From assembly GCA_013265495.1 (NCBI GenBank), contig MU058540.1, positions 581,696 to 645,695 on the forward strand: a DNA stretch of 64,000 bases, read 5' to 3'. The stretch is from Vicugna vicugna. Lineage: Eukaryota. A program made the translations under genes and the position numbers. The notes under the pieces are model-generated. The model did no database searches and was not told where the DNA came from. It saw nothing but the letters and a program-made list of their open reading frames with translations. The number at the start of each line of letters is the position of its first letter. The first letter of the stretch is position 1. This document shows positions 37,301 through 45,356 of this stretch, piece after piece.

Positions 37301-40300
37301 GGACTCACTTTGGAGCAGCAGCTTCAGGGCTGCTGTGTACATGGTGTTAGCTGTGCACCACCCAAAGGCACGTTGAAGATGTCAAAGATTTGTGTGTTCT
37401 GGCAGGAAACTGTGCTTTGAGCAAGATGGGGGGCACCGTTTCTAACGTACTCAGTCACCATAAAGGCCAAGGGTGATCTTCTCTGACCCATCCTCCTTTA
37501 GCTGCGTCTCACTTTCTTCCTGGAGCAGGGGACCCAAAGGAATTGTCTATTCTAGTCCTAGGAGCCCAGATGCATTTCTGGAAGCATTTTCATTAATGCT
37601 GTGTCTGCCAGGCTGAGCAGGGCTGACTCAGATCTACTCCACTGGTCACGGCCTCTACTCTGGGCACCGGGTGGGCATGACAACAGGGGTGGGGATTCAG
37701 GGTGGGTGGTAGGGCACTGACCGCCATGCCCTACACTTGCCCCCAGCTGACCAACAAGATCGTGTTTGTGGTGAGCTTCGTGGGCAACCGTGGCACCTTC
37801 ATCCGGGGCTATAAGGCCATGGTCATGGACATGGAGTTCCTCTACCACGTGGGCTACATCCTGACTAGCGTCCTGGGCCTCTTTGCCCATGAGCTCTTCT
37901 ACAGCATCCTGGTGAGGCCCCCGGGCGGGGGTAGGGGGTGCTGGGCAGGGGTGCAGGGGGAGTTGGGGATCCCTGCTGGTTGCTGGCGGTTCCCCATCAC
38001 CAGCTTCAGTCCAGTTCTCTTGCTGCTGGGCTGGGAGGAATGGATTTCCAGTGTCTTCCTCCACTGGATCCCGGCCTGGCTACTCCTGGCTCCTATCGGA
38101 CCCACCTCCCCTGGATGGTGGTGGTTCAAGCCTGGATTCTGGAGCCAGACCACCTGGGTTTGCATCCTGGATGTGGCCCCTAATAGCTGTGTAACACTGG
38201 GCAGGTTACTTAACTGCCCATGCCTCAGTTTCACCATCTGTAAAATGTGAATAATTAATAGCACGTACTCTCTAGAATAACTGTGAAGGTAAAGTGAGCT
38301 AACACACAACAGTCGTGTAGCGTGTGTCCTGGCACATAGCAGGTGCACCACAGGAGCTGGCCTTCTCCCTCCACCTGTGGTATTTGCTGCCTGTTCCACC
38401 CTCACGCCTTCCCCTGGGCCCCTCCCTTTCCTCAGCCTTAGAACTCCAGGCTCCTCCCAGAAGCCTCCCCCTGTCGGCCTGGTTCCGCCTGCCTATGTGC
38501 AGACCCTGCTGGAGGAGGCTGTGGAAACCACTGGGAGGCGGGCAGCCCTTGGGTCCAGCTGGGTCCCTGTCTCTGCCCTGCAGCTCTTTGACCTCATCTA
38601 CCGTGAGGAGACGCTGTTCAACGTCATCAAGAGTGTGACCCGCAATGGCCGCTCCATCCTGCTGACTGCCCTGCTGGCCCTCATCCTGGTCTACCTCTTC
38701 TCCATCGTCGGCTTCCTCTTCCTCAAGGATGACTTCATCCTTGAGGTTGACCGGCTGCCTGGCAACCACTCCAGAGGTCAGGGGGGTACCTCTCCCAGGC
38801 GGGTGTGTGGGGATGAGGGGACCTGCACAAGCAGCCAGCATCAGGCCCAGGACCTGGGAGTCCTTATTGCCCCAGGCCACTACCTTAGTTTCTCCTTTTG
38901 TGTTCTGGGTCGGGGATAGGGTCTAGCTTATGCCAATCTGCCTCCCTCTTCCCTGAGACAAACTGAAGGCGTAGGAGAACCTTGGGTTGCTCTTGCTTGT
39001 AGCCTCTGTCGTTCATGTTAAACAGTATTCGTGGGGCTGCCTATGTGTCAGGGCTGGGGGTGCAGACCCCCTTCCTTGCCCTTAGAGCACAGCCCAGCGG
39101 GGACAGGTACATGAAGACCCTTCACTTCTAGCCAGAGTGAGGAGCTGGTAGGATCAGGGCAGGCTTCTTGGAGGATGTGATACTGCGGACAGAACCGGGG
39201 AATAAGGCCAGGCATTGGGACCTGCTGTTGACCTCATCCCTGTCCCCTCCAGCCAGCCCCCTGGGGATGCCACATGGAGCTGCCACGTTTGTGGACACGT
39301 GCAGTGGTAATAACATGAACTGTGTCTCAGGGGTCTCAGTGCCTGAGGTCCTGGAAGGTGAGAGCAATGTGTCTCGGGAATCCAGGTGCAGTGGGTGGAG
39401 GCGGGTGGCCTGGCCCAGGTATGAGTATGTGCTCTGCTCACAGAAGATGAGGAGCTGGACAGCACGGAGCGGGCCTGTGACACTCTGCTCATGTGCATCG
39501 TCACCGTCATGAACCACGGGCTGCGCAATGGGGGCGGCGTGGGCGACATTCTCCGCAAACCTTCCAAAGATGTGAGTGCCCCCTGCCCGCCTCCCCAGTC
39601 CACGTGGCCTGGCCTGTTCGGGTCAGCAACTGTGAGGGCTCTGCTCTCAGGTCACAGCCAGTTTAAGTGGCTTGGCCTCCCTTGATCTGCAGGATCGCGA
39701 GTCCTGGCACATTTCCACCCTCTTTGCCCCACTGTCCTCCCCACTTCCATGCAGTGACGTAGCTGAGCTGTCCCCACCCGTCAGCACAGGCATCCCCACC
39801 AGCTCACTGTAGATGCTCTAAGGAAAGACCTTGGCGCCGAGCTTTCCCGGACTGGGGAAGGTGTGAGTCAGACAGCGGGCGGGTCCCCGGCCACATGAGC
39901 TTCATCCTTGAGGCAGAGGCCCAGCCCATGCCTGGGGCGGCAGGATGGGGAAGCTGAGTGGCTTCATGAGGAGACCTCAGGATTTGACTCAGCCCAGCAT
40001 TCCCAGAATGTCAGCCTATCCCCAGTGGCACAGGAGTGAGAAGTTTCTCCCTGGCCCGACAGAGGGTTTCTAGAATGAGTGAGACAAGGTGTCCTGAGGG
40101 CAGGCAGGGGAGTTCAGAGCCGCTCTTCCCCAACCCAAAGTTAAAGGCAGGCACAAGCCTAGCCCCTAGGCCTAGCTCCCCACGTGAGACTCCTCGAGGT
40201 CTTTGTCCCGGCTACTGTGTTCTAATCCACACTCAGGGCACTGGTTGTGATTCTCCATGGAGCGAGTCTGGGTCCACTCTGCCATCTTCAGGGCCCTGGG

Positions 40301-43300
40301 AGCCAGAGGCCCTCATTTCCTTCTGCTGGGGGCTGGGCTCTGAGTCCTGCCTGCCTGGCCTTGCTGCCTCCCCCTGCAGGAGTCTCTCTTCCCGGCCCGT
40401 GTGGTCTACGACCTCCTGTTCTTCTTCATTGTCATCATCATTGTGCTGAACCTCATCTTTGGGGTGATCATTGATACCTTTGCTGACCTGCGCAGTGAGA
40501 AGCAGAAGAAGGAGGAAATTCTCAAGACAACATGCTTCATCTGTGGTGAGGCCGGGTTCCTGCCCGTGGAGGCTGTGGCCAGGCTGGGGCAGCCTGTGGA
40601 TCAGGCTCTCATCTGGGCCCATGACAGCCTCGGTTGGGCCCTTCCCGAGTTCCTGTGGCCACTGGGGAGCCCTGTCCTGGGGTTGAGGGCTTGATGGCTG
40701 TTTGCTCATCCCAGAATTTGGGGGAACAGGACCCTGCCTGAACTTGGAGTCATGGAAAGGCTCAGGAAAGGGCCTCAAAAACCATTCCTTTAAATTCTCT
40801 GGGGTTCAGATGAGGAAACAAGTCCTGTCAGTGGCCTCAAACCTCTGGTCTCAGTCCTGGGCTTCATCCCCCTGGTGTGAAGTGCTAGTCCCCTCACCAG
40901 CCATCGCAGGTGGAGGAGCAGGCACCACCTGGGACAGATCCCTTATCCAGCTAGCCCTGCTGCCCCGGGCCGTGGAATTCCGGCGTCTGCTCTGCTAGTC
41001 CTCGCCACTGCGGGCGAGGCACTGTGCGGCCGAGTGGCTGGTGCTTTAAATAGAAGAGACCTAAATAGCCCTGATGGGCTGTTGCCTGCATTCACCAGGA
41101 CTTTCAGCCCTAGTACAGATGTCCCCACTCCATCAAGAGGCGATGTCCACCCCACCAGGTGGCCCCATAGTGGCTCTTGGAGGCCGGTGGGTTCAGCCTT
41201 ACCCTCTGCCTTATCAGGTCTGGAGAGGGACAAGTTTGACAACAAGACGGTGTCATTTGAGGAACACATCAAGTTCGAGCACAACATGTGGAACTACCTG
41301 TACTTCATCGTGCTGGTCCGCGTGAAAAACAAGACGGACTACACAGGGCCTGAGAGCTACGTGGCCCAGATGATCAAGGTGTGGGCCCCAGTGGGGGGAG
41401 GCCACGTCTGCCCACGCTGACCCTGGAGGCCTGGGGCGGGTGACTTGAGACAGCTGTGGACACTTGTTAAGAGGCCAGCAGGGGAGCGAGGAGCAGCTGG
41501 AGCTGGCCCTTGGCTACTCGGGAGCCCTGCCAGCTGCCTGTGCTGCAGAAGGGCCTCACACTCCTCTGTGTCGGCTCTGGTGTTGGGAAGAAGCCCACAG
41601 CAAACCCGTCAGCCCCAAAGGATGTGTGTGGTGCCCTGTGGTCTGTGGGTGCCTAACGTGAGGTGGCGTGGGAGGAGAGCACACCCTGCCGGGGCAGGAC
41701 ATTCTGAGGGGCCTTTTCTAGCTGGGTGAGGGAGGGCAGCTTCCCGAAGCCTGGTTGGCACCTGGAAAAACTTTATCAGACTTAGGAGAAACCAAATAAA
41801 ACTCCAATTTAGTATGGAGTTAAGGCAGTGAACAAGGAAAAAAAGGTCTTGTAGCATTTAGGGTAAAGGAAGCCCATCAGTTCCATCAGATGTAGGGCAC
41901 CTTCAAATTACTGCACAGCGGGAGGAAGGTGTAGCTCAGAGGTAGTGTGTGCTCAGGATGCATGAGGTCCTGGTACCTCCATTAAAAAAAACAAACCAAA
42001 ACCGACCTTTAAAAAAACCCAAATTACTGCACAGCAGATTAACTGTAGCCTAAAAGGGAAGACCTATTTAGTAGGAAAAAAAAAGTTGTGGGGATAGGAT
42101 TCCATTTGTCTCTTAGTGCATTTTGGACTGATCTTTGAGTACAGGTGTATCTGTTGGGCTGAGAATTCACAGCTTGCAACAGGCACCGGAAAGCTGCTTG
42201 GTGCCCCTCCCGCTCTGCCTCTGTCCTGGGAAACATGACTCTACCTCATGTACCAGGCGCCAGCCGTCCTCAGCAGAGCCCCCGCTCCCTCAGTGTACCA
42301 TCTGTCTGATTTGCATCTTCCTGGGGTGTGGGGGGTGTGGGGCGGGGCAGGAGGAAGGAAGGAGATTCAGGGTCTGGGCGCAGAGGCCTTCCCTCCACGT
42401 CTTGCAGGGTGTTCAGTAAACAGATGGTGCTGATACTAGTGGGAGATTTGAGGCTGTCTAACGGAAGTCAGGCTGTCACAGTGCTGCGGCCTTAATGCCC
42501 ACAGACAGTTTGCTGCCAGCTCACTCTGGCCCCGGGGGAGGACCTGGGTCAATTCAGATTTTCCCATGACACATCCCTGGGGAGTCATTTTGCCAAGGGT
42601 GTGGCAGCAGGCCCCCCCGCCCTCCACAACTGCTTTTCCAAATGAGGCTTTCCTAGGCCAGGCCCAAGCCCGCTCACCCCACTGCTGGTGTTTTTCAGAA
42701 CAAGAACCTGGACTGGTTCCCCCGGATGAGGGCCATGTCCCTGGTGAGCAACGAAGGGGAAGGAGAGCAGAATGAGATCCGGATTCTTCAGGACAAGCTC
42801 AACTCCACCATGAAGCTGGTGTCCCACCTCACTGCCCAGCTCAACGAGCTCAAGGAGCAGGTGGGCATCCCGGCCCTATCCTGGTTCCACCCTGTGCAGC
42901 CTCAAGGGCTGTCACTGAGCAGTCACAGCCCAGCCTGCCATAGGGCAGGAGGGGGAGGGTGTTGGGGCCTTCATGCTGCTCCTGCCCCTTCTTGGGTCTG
43001 GGGTGGAAGACAGGTTCCAAACGCTCTCTTCCCTCCATGGAAAGCTAGCTTGGGGGTGGCAGCCCATATCTGTGCGCCCCTGAAAGATGCGGCTGAGTGG
43101 AAGCTTGGGGCAGGTGTACTCTCGCTCCTGGCAGCTGCAGTGAGTTCCCCCGAGGCGTTCACTGGTGATGGGGGAGGTTAAGGCCTCAAGATCCCCTCTT
43201 GCTCAGAGCAGCCTTCTCCATCTGGCAGTGACTAGATGAGATCAGGCAGCCCCTCTTTTAGGCGGGGTGCTTTCCCAGCTGCACCCAATCAGGGGGTTGT

Positions 43301-43538
43301 GACAGGCTAACTGAGGACAAGGGTTTGGGGCTGACATCCTCACTGCACCCTGGGGGGGCCCTGGCCTGCCGCCAGTGCTGAAAGGCAGCTGGGTCCACGG
43401 GGGGAGGGTGGGCACCAGCCCCTCCACTGGGCAGCCTGACCCGCCCTCCTGGCCTCTGGTTAACCCTAGATGACGGAGCAGAGGAAACGCAGGCAACGCC
43501 TGGGCTTCGTGGATGTCCAGAACTGCATGAGCCGCTGA
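4217..43538 (+). CDS. ITPR3: Inositol 1,4,5-trisphosphate receptor type 3, spliced CDS, exons 3-58 (5' partial)
   Basis: 56 phase-compatible exons translate from [22 protein letters not shown] to [15 protein letters not shown]. Hallmarks are intact: IP3-binding motifs ([20 protein letters not shown]), pore GGGVGD, zinc-finger CFIC...HIKFEH and RMRAMS. Exon lengths sum to 7,856 nt. Confidence 0.98.
4394..4520. repeat. Degenerate 41-42 bp tandem repeat, about 3 copies
   Basis: CCAGTCT at 4412, 4454 and 4495 with similar flanks. Confidence 0.7.
5115..5201 (+). CDS. ITPR3: ITPR3 exon 4
   Basis: [33 protein letters not shown]. Confidence 0.95.
5272..5829 (-). mobile_element. Probable solo ERV LTR
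   Basis: TGTT...TTACA termini, about 560 bp, AATAAA on minus strand (5357-5362), CCAAT on minus strand; no clear TSD. Confidence 0.6.
5445..5493. repeat. Poly(A) plus (TCTA)n-type microsatellite
   Basis: A run followed by tctatctgtctatctatcgatcgatctatctgtctat. Confidence 0.85.
5975..6140 (+). mobile_element. MIR SINE
   Basis: Core gctgtgtgacctgggcaagttacttaac...tttccccatctgtaaaat. Confidence 0.8.
6321..6479 (+). CDS. ITPR3: ITPR3 exon 5
   Basis: [13 protein letters not shown]...LRSNGDN. Confidence 0.95.
6634..6732 (+). CDS. ITPR3: ITPR3 exon 6
   Basis: [16 protein letters not shown]...AGCKE. Confidence 0.95.
6822..7188 (+). mobile_element. Probable solo ERV LTR
   Basis: GTAAC...GTAAC ends, abrupt change in composition, TATA-like TTTAAAAAA near 7058, ATTAAA near 7158. 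Confidence 0.5.
7522..7605 (+). CDS. ITPR3: ITPR3 exon 7
   Basis: [19 protein letters not shown]...VLKG. Confidence 0.95.
9060..9265 (+). mobile_element. MIR SINE
   Basis: MIR core and 3' end. Confidence 0.8.
9310..9420 (-). mobile_element. MIR SINE
   Basis: cccattttatagaagaggaaattaaggct...aagtcacacaac. Confidence 0.7.
9907..10053 (+). CDS. ITPR3: ITPR3 exon 8
   Basis: [18 protein letters not shown]...ALWEVE. Confidence 0.95.
10237..10332 (+). CDS. ITPR3: ITPR3 exon 9 (acceptor reads TG, not AG)
   Basis: [32 protein letters not shown]; donor gtgagt; preceded by ccccctg. Confidence 0.88.
10861..10911 (+). CDS. ITPR3: ITPR3 exon 10
   Basis: [21 protein letters not shown]. Confidence 0.92.
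11106..11248 (+). CDS. ITPR3: ITPR3 exon 11
   Basis: [21 protein letters not shown]...DSFVP. Confidence 0.93.
11660..11781 (-). mobile_element. tRNA-derived SINE (camelid-type)
   Basis: Minus strand reads GGGTATAGCTCA...GGGTTCAATCCCCAG...CCTCCATTAAAA plus A-rich tail. Confidence 0.85.
11840..11955 (+). mobile_element. MIR SINE (diverged)
   Basis: ttcctcacctgtaaagtggg core. Confidence 0.55.
12435..12534 (+). CDS. ITPR3: ITPR3 exon 12
   Basis: [18 protein letters not shown]...PIRLM. Confidence 0.95.
12624..12784 (+). CDS. ITPR3: ITPR3 exon 13
   Basis: [17 protein letters not shown]...SQNDR. Confidence 0.95.
12955..13075 (-). mobile_element. MIR SINE
   Basis: actgaagctcagagaggttaagagacttaaccaaggtcacacagctagt. 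Confidence 0.8.
13385..13526 (+). CDS. ITPR3: ITPR3 exon 14
   Basis: aag/[14 protein letters not shown]...[15 protein letters not shown]. Confidence 0.95.
13697..13892 (-). mobile_element. MIR SINE
   Basis: tgtgccaggc...attatccccattttac...ggaaac. Confidence 0.75.
14229..14322 (-). mobile_element. tRNA-derived SINE (camelid-type)
   Basis: Same family: A box, B box and poly(A) on minus strand. Confidence 0.85.
14838..14999 (+). CDS. ITPR3: ITPR3 exon 15
   Basis: [13 protein letters not shown]...DYRKNQ. Confidence 0.95.
15526..15698 (+). CDS. ITPR3: ITPR3 exon 16
   Basis: [15 protein letters not shown]...KNREP. Confidence 0.95.
16234..16353 (+). CDS. ITPR3: ITPR3 exon 17
   Basis: [16 protein letters not shown]...ILIQT. 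Confidence 0.95.
16755..16937 (+). CDS. ITPR3: ITPR3 exon 18
   Basis: [13 protein letters not shown]...VLSYY. Confidence 0.95.
17215..17400 (-). mobile_element. MIR SINE
   Basis: agagaggtgaaggaacttgtccaaggttaca. Confidence 0.7.
17896..18147 (+). CDS. ITPR3: ITPR3 exon 19
   Basis: [19 protein letters not shown]...AITIK. Confidence 0.95.
18233..18377 (+). CDS. ITPR3: ITPR3 exon 20
   Basis: [15 protein letters not shown]...KLTFE. Confidence 0.95.
18902..19043 (+). CDS. ITPR3: ITPR3 exon 21
   Basis: [18 protein letters not shown]...YEDSG. Confidence 0.95.
19758..19957 (+). CDS. ITPR3: ITPR3 exon 22
   Basis: [13 protein letters not shown]...RKQS...ILEILQ. Confidence 0.95.
20100..20256. mobile_element. 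MER5A-like hAT DNA transposon fossil
   Basis: tggttttcaaagtgtggtc...tcagaaac...ggtggggccca...aagccctcccggtgattctg. Confidence 0.7.
21117..21246 (+). CDS. ITPR3: ITPR3 exon 23
   Basis: [17 protein letters not shown]...AFDST. Confidence 0.95.
21756..21813 (+). CDS. ITPR3: ITPR3 exon 24
   Basis: [22 protein letters not shown]. Confidence 0.93.
22215..22710. mobile_element. Probable hAT-Charlie DNA transposon fossil
   Basis: AT-rich island in a GC-rich intron, with Charlie-like terminal motifs. Confidence 0.4.
22822..22909 (-). mobile_element. tRNA-derived SINE (camelid-type), near-intact
   Basis: GGGGGAGGGTATAGCTCAGTGGTAGAGC...GGGTTCAATCC...CCTCCATTAAAAA on minus strand. Confidence 0.9.
23030..23195 (+). 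CDS. ITPR3: ITPR3 exon 25
   Basis: [20 protein letters not shown]...TFKQ. Confidence 0.95.
23645..23830 (-). mobile_element. MIR SINE
   Basis: ctgtgtgccagg...cccatcttacag...gaaattgaggccca. Confidence 0.65.
24164..24328 (+). CDS. ITPR3: ITPR3 exon 26
   Basis: [17 protein letters not shown]...KDKKQ. Confidence 0.95.
24405..24479 (+). CDS. ITPR3: ITPR3 exon 27
   Basis: [29 protein letters not shown]. Confidence 0.93.
24921..25046 (+). CDS. ITPR3: ITPR3 exon 28
   Basis: [13 protein letters not shown]...IPYDK. Confidence 0.95.
25047..25720 (+). repeat. Degenerate (TGACCY)n low-complexity array
   Basis: About 20 TGACC pentamers, all on the + strand, counted by eye. Confidence 0.8.
25803..25925 (+). 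CDS. ITPR3: ITPR3 exon 29
   Basis: [15 protein letters not shown]...FLTPG. Confidence 0.95.
26014..26214 (+). CDS. ITPR3: ITPR3 exon 30
   Basis: [15 protein letters not shown]...MIMTE. Confidence 0.95.
27256..27507 (+). CDS. ITPR3: ITPR3 exon 31
   Basis: [16 protein letters not shown]...DCITE. Confidence 0.95.
27807..27932 (+). CDS. ITPR3: ITPR3 exon 32
   Basis: [17 protein letters not shown]...LDMAR. Confidence 0.94.
28062..28187 (+). CDS. ITPR3: ITPR3 exon 33
   Basis: [15 protein letters not shown]...STSLQ. Confidence 0.94.
28311..28403 (-). mobile_element. MaLR (MLT1-like) LTR fragment
   Basis: tgtattagtt...gtaacaaattacccccaaa...aaaacaacaaacatttat...ctcacagtttctg. Confidence 0.65.
28420..28820 (+). 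mobile_element. ERVL internal fragment
   Basis: Resembles the ERVL-int motif cagaaccccttgaatgaagggga...gtccccttgaggaagga, from recall. Confidence 0.5.
29463..29583 (+). CDS. ITPR3: ITPR3 exon 34
   Basis: [15 protein letters not shown]...TLAMV. Confidence 0.95.
30136..30326 (+). CDS. ITPR3: ITPR3 exon 35
   Basis: [16 protein letters not shown]...IIEKLQ. Confidence 0.95.
30908..31056 (+). CDS. ITPR3: ITPR3 exon 36
   Basis: [14 protein letters not shown]...GGFLS. Confidence 0.95.
31232..31340 (+). CDS. ITPR3: ITPR3 exon 37
   Basis: [14 protein letters not shown]...KYGDR. Confidence 0.95.
31469..31559 (+). CDS. ITPR3: ITPR3 exon 38
   Basis: [16 protein letters not shown]...DPMGT. Confidence 0.94.
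31685..31854 (+). CDS. ITPR3: ITPR3 exon 39
   Basis: [16 protein letters not shown]...GNTEIQ. Confidence 0.95.
32225..32830. mobile_element. LINE-2 fragment
   Basis: cattcattcgttcatt...tgtgtgcccggtagtgctctagg...gcagggttttgagcagagg. Confidence 0.7.
33092..33266 (+). CDS. ITPR3: ITPR3 exon 40
   Basis: [18 protein letters not shown]...DPTAK. Confidence 0.95.
33451..33635 (+). CDS. ITPR3: ITPR3 exon 41
   Basis: [13 protein letters not shown]...CENHNRDLQ. Confidence 0.95.
33821..34021 (+). CDS. ITPR3: ITPR3 exon 42
   Basis: [13 protein letters not shown]...GPCHENQ. Confidence 0.95.
34138..34248 (+). CDS. ITPR3: ITPR3 exon 43
   Basis: [16 protein letters not shown]...VLQLK. Confidence 0.95.
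34268..34440. repeat. Degenerate (TG)n / alternating purine-pyrimidine tract
   Basis: Direct reading. Confidence 0.8.
34679..34774 (+). CDS. ITPR3: ITPR3 exon 44
   Basis: [17 protein letters not shown]...RPQEL. Confidence 0.95.
34912..35013 (+). CDS. ITPR3: ITPR3 exon 45
   Basis: [12 protein letters not shown]...ILALQ. Confidence 0.95.
35099..35185 (+). CDS. ITPR3: ITPR3 exon 46
   Basis: [13 protein letters not shown]...GISSM. Confidence 0.94.
35781..35891 (+). CDS. ITPR3: ITPR3 exon 47
   Basis: [15 protein letters not shown]...TSQIE. Confidence 0.95.
35984..36176 (+). CDS. ITPR3: ITPR3 exon 48
   Basis: [17 protein letters not shown]...WQRKLR. Confidence 0.95.
36388..36513 (+). CDS. ITPR3: ITPR3 exon 49 (TM1)
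   Basis: [14 protein letters not shown]...EGAST. Confidence 0.95.
36915..37087 (+). CDS. ITPR3: ITPR3 exon 50
   Basis: [16 protein letters not shown]...LGALN. Confidence 0.95.
37747..37911 (+). CDS. ITPR3: ITPR3 exon 51
   Basis: [15 protein letters not shown]...FYSIL. Confidence 0.95.
38145..38345 (+). mobile_element. MIR SINE
   Basis: gggcaggttacttaac...gcctcagtttcaccatctgtaaaatg. Confidence 0.85.
38584..38776 (+). CDS. ITPR3: ITPR3 exon 52
   Basis: [15 protein letters not shown]...GNHSR. Confidence 0.95.
39253..39357 (+). CDS. ITPR3: ITPR3 exon 53 (luminal loop)
   Basis: [14 protein letters not shown]...PEVLE. Confidence 0.93.
39444..39571 (+). CDS. ITPR3: ITPR3 exon 54 (pore helix and selectivity filter)
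   Basis: [16 protein letters not shown]...[14 protein letters not shown]. Confidence 0.94.
40380..40545 (+). CDS. ITPR3: ITPR3 exon 55 (TM6)
   Basis: [19 protein letters not shown]...TTCFIC. Confidence 0.95.
41218..41378 (+). CDS. ITPR3: ITPR3 exon 56
   Basis: [13 protein letters not shown]...AQMIK. Confidence 0.95.
41920..42019 (+). mobile_element. tRNA-derived SINE with B-box deletion and 16-bp TSD
   Basis: TSD CAAATTACTGCACAGC at 41904-41919 and 42020-42035. Confidence 0.9.
42699..42860 (+). CDS. ITPR3: ITPR3 exon 57
   Basis: [18 protein letters not shown]...ELKEQ. Confidence 0.95.
43470..43538 (+). CDS. ITPR3: ITPR3 exon 58, coding part
   Basis: tag|[28 protein letters not shown] at 43536-43538. 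Confidence 0.95.
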   Translation: MTEQRKRRQRLGFVDVQNCMSR

Positions 43539-44310
43539 ACCGCGCCATTGAAGGCCTGACACGGCGCAGTCGACACTGGAGAGCTGTGACTGGCAACACT
43601 GCCTCTTCCCTGGGTCAGGTGGCCCTGCCAGCCTCTCACAGCTAGGTGCCCACCCAAGCCTCAGCTCCCACTCTGCCAGAACCTCCCAAGCCAACCCAGG
43701 CTCTGACCAGTGTGGAGGTGGACCCACAGAGCTGACAGTTTTGCCCAGACTGAGCCCTCAAAGACTCAAACTCTGGGACTCAGCTTACCTTAATGCCTTA
43801 GAGGAAAATAAGTCCTTTGTCCCTTAGAACAGCAACCGATTCCTTTGTATTCCTCCTGTGGGTGAGTAGGGGCGGGGTCACCTCTTTATTCTCAGCACTA
43901 CATTTTGGTTGCTGCCCACCTCTGGAGGGGGTGCAGTGATGCTGCCGCTAGTGATTTTAAGGCTTTGTTATTTAACTTATTCAGACGCCATGCTCAGTCC
44001 TGGCCAGGGCTGCACGGCTCCCTCCGTGCCTCAGATCTGCTGTAGACAGTGTGTAGACCTCACTGTCCCGAGTCTAGGCCACCCACTCTGGCACAGCCCC
44101 AGGTGGACTAGTGACCCAAGGATGGAAAGCCTTGCTCCTAGGACCTGCCGCTTCCTGGGGGACAGTCACACACCCAGGTGACAGGGCTGGGGTGTGTGAA
44201 GTGGGTGGTTTTGACTGCTTGTTTTTTCCCTTTGGTGTAATGTTTTACAAATCCTTTGGCCTGAGAACTAATATGTTAATTGCCTTAAATAAATTAATAG
44301 AAATCTAGTC
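43539..44310 (+). other. ITPR3: ITPR3 3' UTR (end approximate)
   Basis: Runs from the stop codon to just past AATAAA at 44288. Confidence 0.7.
44288..44293 (+). terminator. ITPR3 polyadenylation signal
   Basis: AATAAA in AT-rich context about 750 nt after the stop. Confidence 0.8.
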
Positions 44311-44507
44311 CATTAGAAAGGGATGCTGTTTCCCATACTCCCCAGGGGCTGGGTTAATGTGCTGGTGGAGGACAGAACAGGAGGCCCTGCCTGCCTGCCT
44401 GGCTCACCTCAGGCTCTTGGGAGATGCTGAGTGACATCCTGTCTCACAGGGATTCCTGCACAGAACTGTACTGCAATATAACTGGTTTCTGTCATAACCC
44501 TATGTAT

Positions 44508-44513
44508 TTTATT
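44508..44513 (-). terminator. UQCC2 candidate distal polyA signal
   Basis: TTTATT on + strand (AATAAA on -). Confidence 0.5.
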
Positions 44514-45325
44514 TTATGCATTTCAAAACATACTGAGAAGTCCAGGTACAAATGAGGCTAAGAACCCACTTCCACTGCTTCCTGACCAGGGGAGCTGTCG
44601 GCCCTGCCCTACCCCTCCTCTCAGCTGTGTTCTTGACCGAAGAAATCTCAGGTGGGGACTATAAACACCTATCAGTAAGAACCAAGGTTCCGTGGAGTAA
44701 TAAGATGACTCTGACCCTGTGTGTATCCCCAGCCAGGAGGCCTCTGTCGTGTGGCCTCCCACAGAACCTGCCCAGAGGGCTGAAGTCAATTCCAAGCCAA
44801 GGCCTGTCAGTAGTTTAAGGTATGCTGTCCCTTAAGCCAACTTGGAATATGGCTTTTCTGCAAGGTCAGGGGCAGAGGACTGAGCTCTGTCCTGAGTCAG
44901 TGGGGATGAGGGCCAAGCAGGCTTTTCACCTCTCTCTGCCATACACCTCCTGCTGCTTTCTGTTCACAACAGGATGCCTTCTTCAGTATTTACCAATATT
45001 TTTGGCTCTCTCCCAGGAGCGCCTACAACAAAAGGGAGCCTGAGATTCTTGCCCAGAGCCAGCCAGACCCCTGCTGGCAGGTGGGGCTCCTGTGGCTATG
45101 CAGGAAGCACCTTGCCCAGAGGCCCTGTCACCTTCCCTTCTCAGGCCCAGATGAAGCCCCGCACTTCCTCTCCCGTGGGGACCGTCCTAGCCAGACAGGT
45201 GGGCAGGGCAGATGTTCCAACAGCATTTCTTCTCAGGCTGGAGCTTTCTTTAGAGCAACAACGGCTTCCTTTCTGTGAAGGCCAGATGAGATTCCTGAAC
45301 CACGAGGACGGGGAAATCAGGGTGT

Positions 45326-45331
45326 TTTATT
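45326..45331 (-). terminator. UQCC2 proximal polyA signal
   Basis: TTTATT on + strand (AATAAA on -), 25 nt after the stop. Confidence 0.65.
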
Positions 45332-45356
45332 GATGGCAACGCACAAGACTTCACGC

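Noticed and set aside
43536..43545. Stop-codon readthrough of ITPR3
   Set aside because: The context TGA ACC is not the TGA CTAG readthrough motif.
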